Shown: one piece after another, positions 9,942 through 21,960 of the stretch | Position numbering within the stretch: position 1 is the stretch's first letter | Layout: every line of letters begins with the position of its first letter | Assembly (NCBI GenBank): GCA_025055115.1 | Contig: JANWYJ010000008.1 | Coordinates: 44,230-108,229, forward strand | DNA length: 64,000 nt | From: Gemmata sp. | Lineage (GTDB): Bacteria > Planctomycetota > Planctomycetia > Gemmatales > Gemmataceae | Direction: 5' to 3' | Program-made: the position numbers and the translations under genes | The notes under the pieces: model-generated | Database searches by the model: none | Told to the model about the DNA's origin: nothing | What the model saw: the letters and a program-made list of their open reading frames with translations, nothing else

Positions 9942-10988
9942 CGCGGTATTTCCCTGGCTCAGTCCGACGGTGGCGCTTGTGGCCGTCAGTGGGACCGCCA
10001 CCTGCCCTGGGGCACTGTCGGTCAGCCAGCCGTGGCCTTCTTCGCGGAGGATGCGGGCCATAGCGGCGATCCATTGAGGATGATCGTTGAGGCAAGTACC
10101 GTTTTTGAGGTGTTCGCCGCCGGCCTGCTCGAAAACCTCGCGGCTTTCGTGGCCGATTTCGTCGATGGTTTCCAAGCAATCGGCTGTGAAGCCGGGCAGG
10201 GCGACATACACCCGCTTCACCCCTTTTTTGGCCAATTGTTCCAGTACGTCGTCGGTGTAGGGCTTTAACCACGCTGCGCGGCCGAAGCGCGATTGATAGG
10301 TTTGCGTCCACTGCGTTCGCGGCCAGCCCATCCGCTTCACCAAAGCCCGCGTGGTGCGGACCACATGCGTGGCGTAGGGATCGCCACGTTGGGCGTACTT
10401 TTGGGGAATACCGTGATAGCTGATGACAAAATGCTCTGGCTCCCAGGGGAGTTGGGCCAGATCGTCCCGGATCGTCGCTGCGAGGGCCTCCAGATAGGCG
10501 GGATGATCATAGTACGGCGGCACCACGCGCACCGCCGGCACGCGCCGTAGCTGCATCAGTGCTCGGAACAGTGCATCGGTGGCACTGGCAAACGACGTGG
10601 CCGAATATTGCGGGAACATCGGCATGACGATGAGCCGTTCAACCCCGGCATCGACCATTTCGCGAACCACCTGCCGCACCGACGGTTGGCCCACGATCAT
10701 GCCGAAGCGAACGGGATGGTGGGGAAAGTACTCTTGCAGCAATTGCGTTTGTCGTTGCGTGTAATGCAACAGAGGTGAGCCGGTTTTCTCATCCCAAATC
10801 CGGCGGTACTTCGCGGCCGAAGCACCTGAGCGAAACGGTAAGATACGCAAGTACAAAAGGGGCAGCCAGATAAGGCGGGGAACTTCGATCACCCGGGGGT
10901 CCGAGAGGAATTGCCGCAAATAAGGGAAAAGCCCGGCGTAAGTGGGTTTATCCGGGGTACCCAGTTGAATCAGCAGGATTCCGGTCAT
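9918..10988 (-). CDS. hemH: Ferrochelatase
   Basis: MTGILLIQLGTPD..., ISYHGIP and LPGFTADCLETIDEI are ferrochelatase motifs. Start chosen at ATG 10988. About 40 aa of non-conserved C-terminal tail run into a repeat. Confidence 0.9.
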   Translation of the reverse strand: MTGILLIQLGTPDKPTYAGLFPYLRQFLSDPRVIEVPRLIWLPLLYLRILPFRSGASAAKYRRIWDEKTGSPLLHYTQRQTQLLQEYFPHHPVRFGMIVGQPSVRQVVREMVDAGVERLIVMPMFPQYSATSFASATDALFRALMQLRRVPAVRVVPPYYDHPAYLEALAATIRDDLAQLPWEPEHFVISYHGIPQKYAQRGDPYATHVVRTTRALVKRMGWPRTQWTQTYQSRFGRAAWLKPYTDDVLEQLAKKGVKRVYVALPGFTADCLETIDEIGHESREVFEQAGGEHLKNGTCLNDHPQWIAAMARILREEGHGWLTDSAPGQVAVPLTATSATVGLSQGNTAVAECKRL

Positions 10989-11036
10989 GATGCTTCGGTG
11001 CGGGGTGGGCCGGCCCGTTGGCGACAGAGGAAGGAA

Positions 11037-11053
11037 CCGCAAAGATTGCGGTA
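11037..11053. other. 17-bp inverted repeat ACCGCAA-aga-TTGCGGT between the fdxA stop and hemH start
   Basis: Perfect 7-bp arms with flanking AGGA/TCCT partially extending the dyad. Could be a terminator or attenuator hairpin, or an operator. Confidence 0.35.
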
Positions 11054-11127
11054 TCCTTCACTTGTGAAAACTTTACTCTGCCAGCCACGCTGGCCGCAGG
11101 CACGTGCCGATCAACCCCCTCCTGCAA

Positions 11128-11439
11128 CTATTTCTTTTTGCACTGTGGCCCTTCTTTGGGGGATTGCTTTTCGGTGATGTGGGCGTCGCCGCCGGCGGCT
11201 TTCAAGGCGGTGGCTCGCTCCGCGTTCAGTTGAATGTAGCTACTCCACTCCGCGGGCACGTTCGGTTCCGAGTAAATCGCCTCGACGGGGCACTCTGGAA
11301 CGCAGGCTTCACAGTCGATGCAATCGGCCGGGTCGATGTACAACATCATTTCATCTTGATAGAAGCACTCCACCGGGCAAACGACGCAGCAATCGGTATA
11401 CTTGCAATCGTAGCAATTGGCAGTAACAACGTGAGCCAT
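11128..11439 (-). CDS. fdxA: Ferredoxin, FdxA-like 7Fe/8Fe type
   Basis: 103 aa with Cys clusters CYDCKYTDCCVVCPVEC and CIDCEACVPECP. Confidence 0.9.
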   Translation of the reverse strand: MAHVVTANCYDCKYTDCCVVCPVECFYQDEMMLYIDPADCIDCEACVPECPVEAIYSEPNVPAEWSSYIQLNAERATALKAAGGDAHITEKQSPKEGPQCKKK

Positions 11440-11611
11440 GAGTGGCGGATCCTTCTAACGGGACATACGCGGTGTCACGACGAAGAGGTTATCACACCGC
11501 GATCTTACATCAAGTTACACAGCCCCACGGGGGGATTGCCAGAGGCCAGCGCCAATTTTCCTCAACTGAGACGCAATCTCACCGCCTGCCGTGAGTCGCG
11601 CCGATTGCCGG

Positions 11612-13975
11612 TCACAACATGTTGTAGGGGTCGATGTCGATTTGGAATTCGACATTCGAGGGTACTTTGACGATGCGTAGCACCGTGCGCAGAACGTCGT
11701 GCAGCACGGCACTACTTTCCGATTGCACCTGAAAGTGGAACCGATAGTAGTTGTTGAGCCGGAACACCGGGCATTCCGCCGGCCCCAACAACCGGATCGG
11801 CGACGGCAACGGGGTGGCTGCGGTCGAGCCGGGATCGCTCGGCCGCGCCGGCGGGCGGGTGATAGCGGCACGGAACGCGCCAGCGAGGGTTTCGGCAAAT
11901 TGCGCCGCGGCCTCTTCTTTTTCGCTCCGCACAATCAGACGCGCCATCCGTTCGTAGGGCGGGTAACGGTGCTGCTTGCGGTGAGTCAGTTCGAGCTTGG
12001 CGAACTCTTCGTAGTTGTGTTGGGCCGCCAGTGTGATACAGGGATGATCCGGAGTGAAGGTTTGCACCAGCACCTGCCCACCGCGTTCACCCCGTCCGGC
12101 TCGGCCAGCCACTTGTGCCAGTAACTGAAACGTCCGCTCGGCACTGCGGAAATCCGGCAGATGCAGGCCGACATCGGCATTGACCACCCCCACCAGCGTG
12201 ACATTGGGAAAGTCCAGCCCTTTCGCAATCATCTGAGTCCCAACGAGAATCTGAATCAGCCCCTCGCGGAAGGCATCGAGTACGCGTTGGTGGCTGCCGG
12301 GTTTGGACATGGTGTCGGAATCCATCCGCTGGCAGACACTGCCGGGGAATTTCTGCTCAATTTCGGCTTGCAGTTTCTCGGTACCCAAACCCTGATAGCG
12401 CATCGTCGGTTGTTCGCATGCCGGGCAACGCAAATACGGCGCGGTCTCGAAGCCGCAGTAGTGGCAAATTAAGGCGTTCTTCGTGCGATGGAACGTCAGC
12501 GCCAAATCGCAGTGGGCGCACTGCGCCACATGACCGCAGGCTTCGCAGTGAACGTGCGTACTAAAGCCACGACGGTTCAAAAGGAGAATGATTTGTCCTT
12601 TCGCCTTGAGGGTTTGCCGCATGGCCTCTTCGAGCGTCGGGCCGATGGCGCCGTGGCGGCCGGCTGATTTCGGTTCATGCCGCAGATCGATAATCTTCAC
12701 ACGCGGCAGTGGCCGACGTTCGACCCGTTGCGGCATCTGCAGGAGGGTGTAGTTGCCTTTCTCGGCGTTGGCCCAACTTTCGAGGCTGGGTGTGGCTGAA
12801 CCCATCAGAATAGGAATCCCTTCGAGCCGAGCGCGCATGACCGCGACATCGCGGGCATGGTAACGGGGCGTCGATTCTTGCTTGAAGGTATGCTCGTGTT
12901 CTTCGTCGATGATGATCAAGCCGAGCTTGCGTGTGGGGGCGAAGACAGCGCTGCGAGCACCCACCACGACGTTGACCTGCCCCGCGGCGACCCGTCGCCA
13001 GTAACTGCCGCGTTCGGCATCCGTCAGGTGGCTGTGCAGCACAGCCAGTTCCCCACAGCGGCCGTGGAAACGGGCTAAGGTTTGCGGCGTCAAGGAAATC
13101 TCCGGTACAAGCACAATCACTTCCTTGCCCTGACGCACTACGTCTTCAATGGCCCGCAGGTAGACTTCGGTCTTGCCGCTGCCCGTGACGCCGTGCAGCA
13201 AAAAGGCGTGGTAGCCGCCGGTTTGCAACGCCTTCTGCAGCGTTTGCCAGACCCGCTGTTGGTCGGCATTGAGGGTGATCGGTTGGCGTTCAGTGGCACT
13301 GGCGGCGTTCTCCACTGCGGGGGTGTCGCGCGGGCTGATGGCGTCGTTCTCGATACGCTGGGTGAAGCGGCGCACCAGTCCTTTCTTCACCAACCCCGCA
13401 ACAACACCGGGAGTACACTTCGCCAAGCGCGCCAGTTGCAGCACTTCGAGGGGACGATTTTCCTTTTTGAGCTTGTCGAGCGCCACTTTTTGCTGCGGTG
13501 TGACGCTCGGCAGAGGATGGGGCAGTTGTTCTTTGGGTAAAGGTTCCACGAAGGTGGCGACCCGGGTGCCGGCGTTGTCGCGAACTCCGGCGGGAACAAC
13601 CGCATGCAGCACCTGCCCCCAACCGCACAAGTAGTAGTCGGCCATCCACCGTGTCAGTTTCATCAGATGGTCGTCGACGATCGGTTCATCATCGAGAACA
13701 CGCAGGAGGCTTTTGATCTCATAATGATGGCGGGGGGGCTGATCACTGACGCGGACACAGAAGCCGACGGTGGGCTTGCCCCCTTTACCAAAGGGTACTT
13801 CCACCCGTTGCCCAGCTTGCACACGGCCCACCAACGTTGTGGGCACGGCGTAGGTGTAGGCCTCGTCGAGCGGTCGATCAAAGACCACGTCGGCAAACAG
13901 GGTGGCTGCCGACGCTGTGGTACGGCCACGTTCGTCATCGAGTTCGAATAAGGCGCGGATGTGGGGGGCCGTCAT
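11612..13975 (-). CDS. priA: Primosomal protein N' (replication restart helicase PriA)
   Basis: 787 aa with Walker A GVTGSGKT, a DEEH box (IIIDEEHE) and the Zn-binding Cys cluster CEACGHVAQCAHC...CHYCG...CPAC. Confidence 0.93.
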   Translation of the reverse strand: MTAPHIRALFELDDERGRTTASAATLFADVVFDRPLDEAYTYAVPTTLVGRVQAGQRVEVPFGKGGKPTVGFCVRVSDQPPRHHYEIKSLLRVLDDEPIVDDHLMKLTRWMADYYLCGWGQVLHAVVPAGVRDNAGTRVATFVEPLPKEQLPHPLPSVTPQQKVALDKLKKENRPLEVLQLARLAKCTPGVVAGLVKKGLVRRFTQRIENDAISPRDTPAVENAASATERQPITLNADQQRVWQTLQKALQTGGYHAFLLHGVTGSGKTEVYLRAIEDVVRQGKEVIVLVPEISLTPQTLARFHGRCGELAVLHSHLTDAERGSYWRRVAAGQVNVVVGARSAVFAPTRKLGLIIIDEEHEHTFKQESTPRYHARDVAVMRARLEGIPILMGSATPSLESWANAEKGNYTLLQMPQRVERRPLPRVKIIDLRHEPKSAGRHGAIGPTLEEAMRQTLKAKGQIILLLNRRGFSTHVHCEACGHVAQCAHCDLALTFHRTKNALICHYCGFETAPYLRCPACEQPTMRYQGLGTEKLQAEIEQKFPGSVCQRMDSDTMSKPGSHQRVLDAFREGLIQILVGTQMIAKGLDFPNVTLVGVVNADVGLHLPDFRSAERTFQLLAQVAGRAGRGERGGQVLVQTFTPDHPCITLAAQHNYEEFAKLELTHRKQHRYPPYERMARLIVRSEKEEAAAQFAETLAGAFRAAITRPPARPSDPGSTAATPLPSPIRLLGPAECPVFRLNNYYRFHFQVQSESSAVLHDVLRTVLRIVKVPSNVEFQIDIDPYNML

Positions 13976-14049
13976 GGCCGGTTCTCCCGAGGTTCGAGAG
14001 TGAAATTATGTTCATACGGATAGTTTAACCGCGCACCCCCCCCACCACA

Positions 14050-14210
14050 AGTGCAGTTGCCGCATTTCCTGAACAGTTGGGTCGGTTCGAGCTGCGCTGC
14101 CATAGTACAGCTCATCCGCCGAGTGCAGTTGCCGCATTTCCCGAAGAGCTAGGTCGGTTCGAGGATCAGTTGGAGGGTATGTCGACAAATGTCGAGTTGC
14201 AGTTGACGAG
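14050..14210. repeat. 42-bp direct repeat x2 plus a degenerate third copy, period 72-73 bp
   Basis: agtgcagttgccgcatttcc[t/c]gaa...ggtcggttcgag occurs at 14050 and 14122 (38/42 identical). A decayed copy, agttgcagttgacgag, starts at 14195. Confidence 0.85.
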
Positions 14211-14229
14211 TCCGTGGGCAGGAGGGGAA

Positions 14230-15057
14230 TTAACGCCGCGGACGCCGCTTCGGTTGATGAAAAATGGGTAAAAGTTCGTCGATGTCGCGGGGAGTCGGTT
14301 CGGGTTTATCTTCATGCCACGGATCGCGGGTGGGAGCGGCCGACGGTGTGCCCGGCGGGGGGCGGTCGGACAACAGCCAATCGACAAATTGGCCACAATT
14401 CAGATACCAGCATTCGCCGCGGCGGGCGGCTTCACGCACCCGGGCATCGTTGGAGACCACCGTCAGCGATTGGGGGTTGGCGGCCGTCGCGATCCACGTT
14501 TCGATCGCATCGTCTGCGGTTTGGGCGAAGGCGAATTGCACCTGCAAGCCCCGGTGGCGGGTTTGGAGCGTGGGTTCGGGGGCCGATTGGGCGTCGAAGA
14601 CCATGTGGACTTCGGCCCGGTTCTTGAGGTGGTCGGCGATCCAATCGAGCAGGCGCAGCCGAGCGCGAACGAAAGCCGCTGCGGGCATGTCACGCGTGGC
14701 TAACCCCATGGCGTGTAACAAGTTGTAGCCATCGACGAGGAAAGACACAGCAGCACCGACTTTCTCGAGTTCGGTTGCGTCGTCGATCCGTCGAACGAGG
14801 CAAACGACAGGTGGCGGGGGTTCGTTATCCTCCGATTGTCGTGATTGTATCACGCCGCGGCTCACCAGCGGAATGACAGTTGTGAGAAAATCGCCCGGGG
14901 GAGCACCCGCGTCATGCCCTCGCTGTGGGCCGGCTCTGGAGGGTGAAAAGCCGATCGGAACTAGCCTCCGAAAATGCCGCAGGCTGCGTAGCGCGCCACG
15001 CAGCCTTCTGGCGAATCTATCGATAATCGGTCGGAGGATCGACCGTCGGAGCAGCAA
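14230..15057 (-). CDS. NYN/YacP-like RNase domain protein
   Basis: The conserved part starts at VSFLVDGYNLLHAMG...VVSNDARVREAARRGE (GTG at 14748). The Arg-rich 100 aa upstream may not be translated, so the start is uncertain. Confidence 0.7.
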   Translation of the reverse strand: MLLRRSILRPIIDRFARRLRGALRSLRHFRRLVPIGFSPSRAGPQRGHDAGAPPGDFLTTVIPLVSRGVIQSRQSEDNEPPPPVVCLVRRIDDATELEKVGAAVSFLVDGYNLLHAMGLATRDMPAAAFVRARLRLLDWIADHLKNRAEVHMVFDAQSAPEPTLQTRHRGLQVQFAFAQTADDAIETWIATAANPQSLTVVSNDARVREAARRGECWYLNCGQFVDWLLSDRPPPGTPSAAPTRDPWHEDKPEPTPRDIDELLPIFHQPKRRPRR

Positions 15058-15062
15058 GGCGG

Positions 15063-15248
15063 TCAGGGTTGTTCACCGTCTGGGGGCGTTGAGCGATCAA
15101 GAGCCGGGCTGGCGATGCGGTACTTCTCATCCAGCCAGCGGCCCAGATCGATCTTGCGGCACCGGGCCGAGCAAAACGGAAAGTCGGGATATTCCTGCCA
15201 GTTGCCCGGCATAGCCGCATCACAGATCGGACACCGCACTTTACTCAT
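15063..15248 (-). CDS. yacG: DNA gyrase inhibitor YacG (zinc finger)
   Basis: 61 aa. CPICD...FPFCSARCRKIDLGRW is the YacG signature. Confidence 0.8.
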   Translation of the reverse strand: MSKVRCPICDAAMPGNWQEYPDFPFCSARCRKIDLGRWLDEKYRIASPALDRSTPPDGEQP

Positions 15249-15307
15249 CGGTTCGCTCCTGCCCGAACTTCGGACATTCTCCGAATATCCGGAGCAATCC
15301 CGGCGGG

Positions 15308-15631
15308 CTATTTCCTCTTGTTCTTCGCGGCACAGGATGCAGTGGATTCACCTTGGGCGGCCGCAGCGGGTTCGCCGCAAGCTCCGCAGGTTGTGGGCGC
15401 TTTGTCGCCAGAGGCGGCTTCGGTTTCTTGGCGGCATGCTTGACCCGCACGCCGGTAATCGGTTTCGTAGAAGCCACTGCCTTTGAAGATGATGGCTCCG
15501 CCCCCCCCGAAGAGTCGTTCGAGTTTGTGCTTTTTGCACTTGGGACATTGCGTCAGCGGTGGCTCTGAAAACGATTGCAGTTCGTCGAAGGTGTAGTGGC
15601 AGGCATTACAGCGGTAATCGTAGGTTGGCAT
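15308..15631 (-). CDS. FmdB-family zinc-ribbon protein (CxxC_CxxC_SSSS)
   Basis: MPTYDYRCNACHYTFDELQSF...CPKCKKHKLERL. Start taken at ATG 15631 rather than the 167-aa ORF start. Confidence 0.8.
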   Translation of the reverse strand: MPTYDYRCNACHYTFDELQSFSEPPLTQCPKCKKHKLERLFGGGGAIIFKGSGFYETDYRRAGQACRQETEAASGDKAPTTCGACGEPAAAAQGESTASCAAKNKRK

Positions 15632-15826
15632 AGGCGTAGGCAACTGACAAGGGTTCAATCGTGGCGCTAGACGCGAAAACCACCCCGTGTGGTCCGCGCC
15701 GTATCGCCCCTTCACCAAGCGAGTTCGACCGATCGACGGCCCCCCTTGAAGGGGTATGGTATTTTTCGTCTGTGCGGGTGTTTCGTTGTTGGTTCTGAAA
15801 CACACATGCATGCGATCGGGGTGCGG

Positions 15827-16405
15827 CTATTGTTCACTGGCCACGACAACCGACGCCGGACGGAGCACGCGATCGTGTAACAGGAACCCGTGTTGCAATA
15901 CCTGCACCACTTGCCCGGGCTGGAAGGTTGTGCCGGCTTGCTGCATGACCGCCTGATGCAAGTTGGGGTCGAAGGTCGTGCCGGGTTCGACGGGGATGCG
16001 GTGAATGCCGTGGCGCCGGAACGCATCGAGAAACTGGCTGGCGGTGGCGGCGACTCCGGTGGCCAAAGGGCCGTTGTCGCCGGCGCGTTGGGCGGCTTCC
16101 AAGGCCCGGTCGAGGTTATCAAGGGCCGTCAGCAGATCGCGGACCAACGGTTCAATAGCAAATTTGCGTTCGATCTCCATATCGCGGAGAAGGCGTTTGC
16201 GGGCATTGTCGAAGTCGGCCAGCATCAATTTGTAGTTATTCAATTCTTGTTCACGCGCGGCTAATGCGGCTCGGAGTGTGTCCAGCTCATTGGCAGGTGG
16301 GTGTTCCACCGGCACGGGTTCTTCCACCGGCGGGGCGGTTTCAGGCGCTGTTCCAGGCGCTGCGGCGGGGGGCGTTTCTGGCGTTGCAGCTTGCTCATCG
16401 GGCAT
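15827..16405 (-). CDS. grpE: Nucleotide exchange factor GrpE
   Basis: 192 aa with a GrpE-like coiled-coil N-terminus and a C-terminal beta domain (FDPNLHQAV...GFLLHDRVLRPASV). Confidence 0.9.
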   Translation of the reverse strand: MPDEQAATPETPPAAAPGTAPETAPPVEEPVPVEHPPANELDTLRAALAAREQELNNYKLMLADFDNARKRLLRDMEIERKFAIEPLVRDLLTALDNLDRALEAAQRAGDNGPLATGVAATASQFLDAFRRHGIHRIPVEPGTTFDPNLHQAVMQQAGTTFQPGQVVQVLQHGFLLHDRVLRPASVVVASEQ

Positions 16406-16454
16406 GGGTTTTTACCTTCTGAATATTGTCTTCACATAGGCTGTGTGATGCGGA

Positions 16455-17609
16455 TTATTTCTTCTCTTCTTTTGGAGGGTTCTCGCCGCTGACGAGATCC
16501 TTGAGTTTGCTGAAAATTCCCTTTTTGGGCGGCGGCGGGCTGAGGCCCTCCAGGGCGGCCAGTTGCCGGTAAAGTTCCTCTTGTTCGGGGGTGAGGTGGG
16601 TGGGGGTTTCGACGATCAGTTGGACGAGCAAATCGCCGCGGCGTTGGGGATCGTCAAAATGGGGCATCCCGTGGCCGGGGACACGGACCACCGTGGTGTG
16701 GGATTGCGTGCCGCGCGGCACTTCCACAAGGATTTTTTCTCCGGTGAGGCTGGTCATCTCGAAAGTTCCGCCTAAAGCCGCCCGGGGGAAGGAGATGGTT
16801 TGGCGGCAAAGGAGGTTGTGCCCGTCGCGTTGGAAGGTTTTGTCGTCGCGAATCTGGATGCGGAGTTCCAAATCGCCGCGGGGTGCTCCGGGATCGCCGG
16901 CGTGGCCCCGGCCAGGATAGGTGAAGACCGCGTGATTGGGAACCCCCGGAGGAATGTTGACGGTCACTTCCTCGGTCAGGGTCACTCGACCGGAGCCGCG
17001 GCACGTCGGGCAGGGATCGGTGATGACGCTGCCGCGGCCACCACAACCGCGGCAGCGCATGCGCGTGGTGATACCAAAGCCGGTATTGAGAACTTCGTAG
17101 CCCTGGCCGCGGCAGCGGCGGCACGAGGCCGGCTGGGTACCGAGTCGGGCACCGCTGCCGCCACAGTCGCGGCAGTTCTGTTCGCTGGGAACGGTGAAGG
17201 TTTTGCTACAGCCGGTAGCCGCTTCGACCAGTTCGATTTCCAGCAAGGCGGCGATACTTTCGCCACGGCGGGGGCCACGGGCGCGGCGGGGGCCACCCCC
17301 GAAGAAACTGCCGATAAGATCGCCGAAGAAGTCGCCCAGATCGACGCCCACGCCCTCCATGCCGCTGGCGGCAAACGAGCTGTCCACCCCCGCGTGGCCG
17401 TAGCGGTCGTAGCGGGCCCGTTTGTTCGGGTCGCTCAGTACCGAATAGGCTTCATCCACTTCTGCGTACTTGATCTTCGCTTCCTCATCGCCAATGTTGC
17501 GATCGGGGTGATAGCGTTTGGCGAGGGTGCGATACGCTTTGGTAATCTCCGCTTCGGTGGCCGTGCGTGATACGCCGAGGACTTCGTAATAGCAGCGTTT
17601 CTCAGCCAT
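16455..17609 (-). CDS. dnaJ: Molecular chaperone DnaJ
   Basis: J domain with HPD (YHPDRN), a G/F-rich region and four CxxCxGxG zinc motifs. Start at ATG 17609. Confidence 0.95.
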   Translation of the reverse strand: MAEKRCYYEVLGVSRTATEAEITKAYRTLAKRYHPDRNIGDEEAKIKYAEVDEAYSVLSDPNKRARYDRYGHAGVDSSFAASGMEGVGVDLGDFFGDLIGSFFGGGPRRARGPRRGESIAALLEIELVEAATGCSKTFTVPSEQNCRDCGGSGARLGTQPASCRRCRGQGYEVLNTGFGITTRMRCRGCGGRGSVITDPCPTCRGSGRVTLTEEVTVNIPPGVPNHAVFTYPGRGHAGDPGAPRGDLELRIQIRDDKTFQRDGHNLLCRQTISFPRAALGGTFEMTSLTGEKILVEVPRGTQSHTTVVRVPGHGMPHFDDPQRRGDLLVQLIVETPTHLTPEQEELYRQLAALEGLSPPPPKKGIFSKLKDLVSGENPPKEEKK

Positions 17610-17724
17610 CGGTTCCTCAGGCGAGTTTCCAGTAAAACGGGAAAAGTGCAAAATGGGGAAGACACCACTTTGCAGCGGGTCGTTTCCTCATTTTACACTT
17701 TTCGCCGCCAACGGTGGACCCTGC

Positions 17725-19410
17725 TTAGGCGATCGCACCGACAACGGGTTTCTTCTTGTCGTCGTCATCCAACCGGGTGACCAGTACCTCGGTGGTGAGC
17801 ATCAGCCCAGCGATGCTGGCTGCGTTCTGCAGGGCGTTGCGGGTGACACGCAGCGGGTCGATAATCCCGGCTTTGAACATGTCTTCGTATTCGCCGGTGT
17901 TGGCGTTGTAGCCGATGTTGGGGTTTTTCTCGCCGCGGGCGATCACTTCGGCGGCCACCACAGCTCCATCGGCCCCACCGTTTTCGGCGATCGTGCGAAT
18001 GGGTTTGGCCAGTGCCCGGGCCACGATTTCGGCGCCGACACGTTCATCGTGTTTGAGTTTTTCGGCCAGGGCTTCGACCGTGGGGATGCACCGCAGTAGC
18101 GCCACCCCACCGCCGGGAACGATGCCTTCGGCCACGGCCGCACGCGTAGCGTGTAGGGCATCCTCCACGCGGCCTTTGGTTTGCTTCATTTCCGCCTCGG
18201 TGGACGCACCGACTTTGATGATCGCCACACCGCCGCCGAGTTTGGCGAGCCGTTCGGAGAATTTCTCCTTGTCGTACTCGCTTTCGGTTTGATTCATCTG
18301 CGTGCGGATCGTATCCATGCGGGCTTTGATGGCCGCTTGGCGTTCCTTGTCGGGTTCGACGATGATCGTGGTGCTTTCCTTGTCGACGATGACTTTGTTG
18401 GCCGTGCCGAGCAGTTTGAAGACTTTCGGTTCCGGCCGAGCGCCACGTTGTTGCTCTTTGGCGCTGGGTTCTTCCATGCTGTCGAGGGCGATGCCGCGGT
18501 CTTCGCTGATGAAAGTCCCGCCGGTTAGCACGGCGATGTCTTCCATCATGGCTTTGCGGCGGTCCCCGAAGCCCGGCGATTTGACGGCGCAGACTTCGAG
18601 CAGGCCGCGCAGCCGGTTGACCACGAGGACGGCCAGGGCTTCGCTTTCCACATCATCGGCCACGATCAGAAGCGGCTTGCCGGCGCGGGCGACAGCGTCC
18701 AGCAGCGGCAGCATTTCGCGCACGTTCGACAGTTTCTTTTCGTACAGCAGCACCAGAACGTTCTCTTGCTCCCACTTCAGATCGGGCGTGTTGACGACGA
18801 AGTACGGCGAGATGTAGCCTTTGTCGAACTGCATCCCCTCGACGAATTCCTGCACGGTTTCGGAGGTTTTGCCTTCTTCGACCGTGATGACGCCATCGCG
18901 GCCAACCTTTTCGAAGGCTTCGGCCATCATTTCGCCAATTTTGGGGTCGTTATTGGCCGAAATGGTGGCCACTTGCTTCATTTCATCCTTCTTGGAGACG
19001 GGTTTTTTCAACGTCTCTTCGAGGTATTTGACCGCGGCGGCCACGGCTTTGTCGATGCCGCGCTTGACGGCCATAGGGTTGGCCCCGGCGGTGATATTGC
19101 GCAAGCCCTCTTGGTAGATGGCCAGTGCCAGAACGGTGGCGGTGGTAGTGCCGTCACCAGCAACATCGGAGGTTTTTTGGGCGACGGCGTTGACGAGTTT
19201 GGCCCCCATATTCTCGAAGGGGTCGGCCAGTTCGATTTCCTTGGAGACGGTGACTCCGTCTTTGGTGACGGTGGGTCCGCCGAAGGATTTCTCGATGATG
19301 ACGTTGCGTCCGGTGGGGCCGAGGGTCGAGCCGACGGCGCGGGCGAGTTTTTCCGCACCGGCTAAAAGTTTCTTCCGGGCTTCGTCGGTATAGAGTAATT
19401 GTTTGGCCAT
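17725..19410 (-). CDS. groEL: Chaperonin GroEL (copy 2)
   Basis: 561 aa of GroEL sequence throughout. It has an unusual acidic/basic tail, ...[16 protein letters not shown], with no GGM repeat. Confidence 0.97.
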   Translation of the reverse strand: MAKQLLYTDEARKKLLAGAEKLARAVGSTLGPTGRNVIIEKSFGGPTVTKDGVTVSKEIELADPFENMGAKLVNAVAQKTSDVAGDGTTTATVLALAIYQEGLRNITAGANPMAVKRGIDKAVAAAVKYLEETLKKPVSKKDEMKQVATISANNDPKIGEMMAEAFEKVGRDGVITVEEGKTSETVQEFVEGMQFDKGYISPYFVVNTPDLKWEQENVLVLLYEKKLSNVREMLPLLDAVARAGKPLLIVADDVESEALAVLVVNRLRGLLEVCAVKSPGFGDRRKAMMEDIAVLTGGTFISEDRGIALDSMEEPSAKEQQRGARPEPKVFKLLGTANKVIVDKESTTIIVEPDKERQAAIKARMDTIRTQMNQTESEYDKEKFSERLAKLGGGVAIIKVGASTEAEMKQTKGRVEDALHATRAAVAEGIVPGGGVALLRCIPTVEALAEKLKHDERVGAEIVARALAKPIRTIAENGGADGAVVAAEVIARGEKNPNIGYNANTGEYEDMFKAGIIDPLRVTRNALQNAASIAGLMLTTEVLVTRLDDDDKKKPVVGAIA

Positions 19411-19537
19411 GGTGTCTCCAGAATTCCCAGTGGCCGCGTTCCGCTATCGACTCGACAGGCAGCCGGAGCGTGCCTGGGGGTGTCTCCGGCAGCTCCTGGA
19501 GCCGCGGAAGCGCGGCGATGGTTAGGGGGTCCGTGGG

Positions 19538-19849
19538 TTATTTGACGATTTTGCCGAGGATTTCACTTTCACGCAGAATCTTGTATTCCTTGCCGTTGAC
19601 TTGCACATCCGAGCCGCTGTACTTGCCGAACAGCACGGTGTCGCCCACAGCGACCGCGAGGGTATGGCGTGTGCCCTTGTCGGTGAGCTTACCGGGACCG
19701 ACCGCGATGACTTTGCCTTGTTGGGGCTTTTGCTTGGCGGTATCGGGCAGGAGGATGCCGCCACTGGTCTTTTCTTCGGCTTCCAGTGGTTCCACCACCA
19801 CGCGATCATCGAGCGGTTTGAGGGTCAGTGGCTTATCGCTTTTGGCCAT
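19538..19849 (-). CDS. groES: Co-chaperonin GroES (copy 2)
   Basis: 103 aa. [44 protein letters not shown]. Confidence 0.95.
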   Translation of the reverse strand: MAKSDKPLTLKPLDDRVVVEPLEAEEKTSGGILLPDTAKQKPQQGKVIAVGPGKLTDKGTRHTLAVAVGDTVLFGKYSGSDVQVNGKEYKILRESEILGKIVK

Positions 19850-19878
19850 GATGGTTTACTCCGGTGGTTGGTTGGGGA

Positions 19879-19899
19879 GCCGAGGTTGGGGGCCTCGGC
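19879..19899 (-). other. 7-bp stem hairpin in the groEL3-groES2 spacer
   Basis: GCCGAGG-ttggggg-CCTCGGC lies 30-50 nt upstream of the GroES2 ATG. Possible processing site, attenuator or RNA structure. Confidence 0.3.
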
Positions 19900-19997
19900 G
19901 GAACAATCGCTGGTAACGTTGGATCCAGTTGAGAGTGTGTGGTTTGTCGGGACCGTGGGGTATTGCCCAAGTTGGTGAACTTTGGGGTTGTGGGGGT

Positions 19998-21896
<1,899 letters not shown>

Positions 21897-21960
21897 TTAC
21901 AGCGTTTCTCATCGCCGCACGCCGCGGTAATGTGGTAACAGTCGCTCGACCGGAGGAGCC

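Noticed and set aside
14088-14165. GGTTCGA T-loop-like motifs that might indicate tRNA genes. Similar motifs occur at 50044 and 50140.
   Set aside because: The flanking bases do not form a T-stem or an acceptor stem, and the motifs lie inside the local direct repeats. I found no convincing tRNA cloverleaf anywhere in the window.
14050-14210. CRISPR-like geometry: 42-bp repeats separated by 30-bp spacers, period 72. The same period occurs at several other loci.
   Set aside because: There are only 2-3 copies per locus. The copies differ by several mismatches. The repeat sequences are unrelated between loci, and no cas genes or leader are present. These are treated as local duplications instead.
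17651-17675. Sigma-32-like element upstream of dnaJ (minus strand CTGCAAA ... CCCCATTT).
   Set aside because: The -10 resembles CCCCATNT, but the spacer is only about 10 nt against the 13-17 expected, and the -35 match is partial. It is too weak to call.
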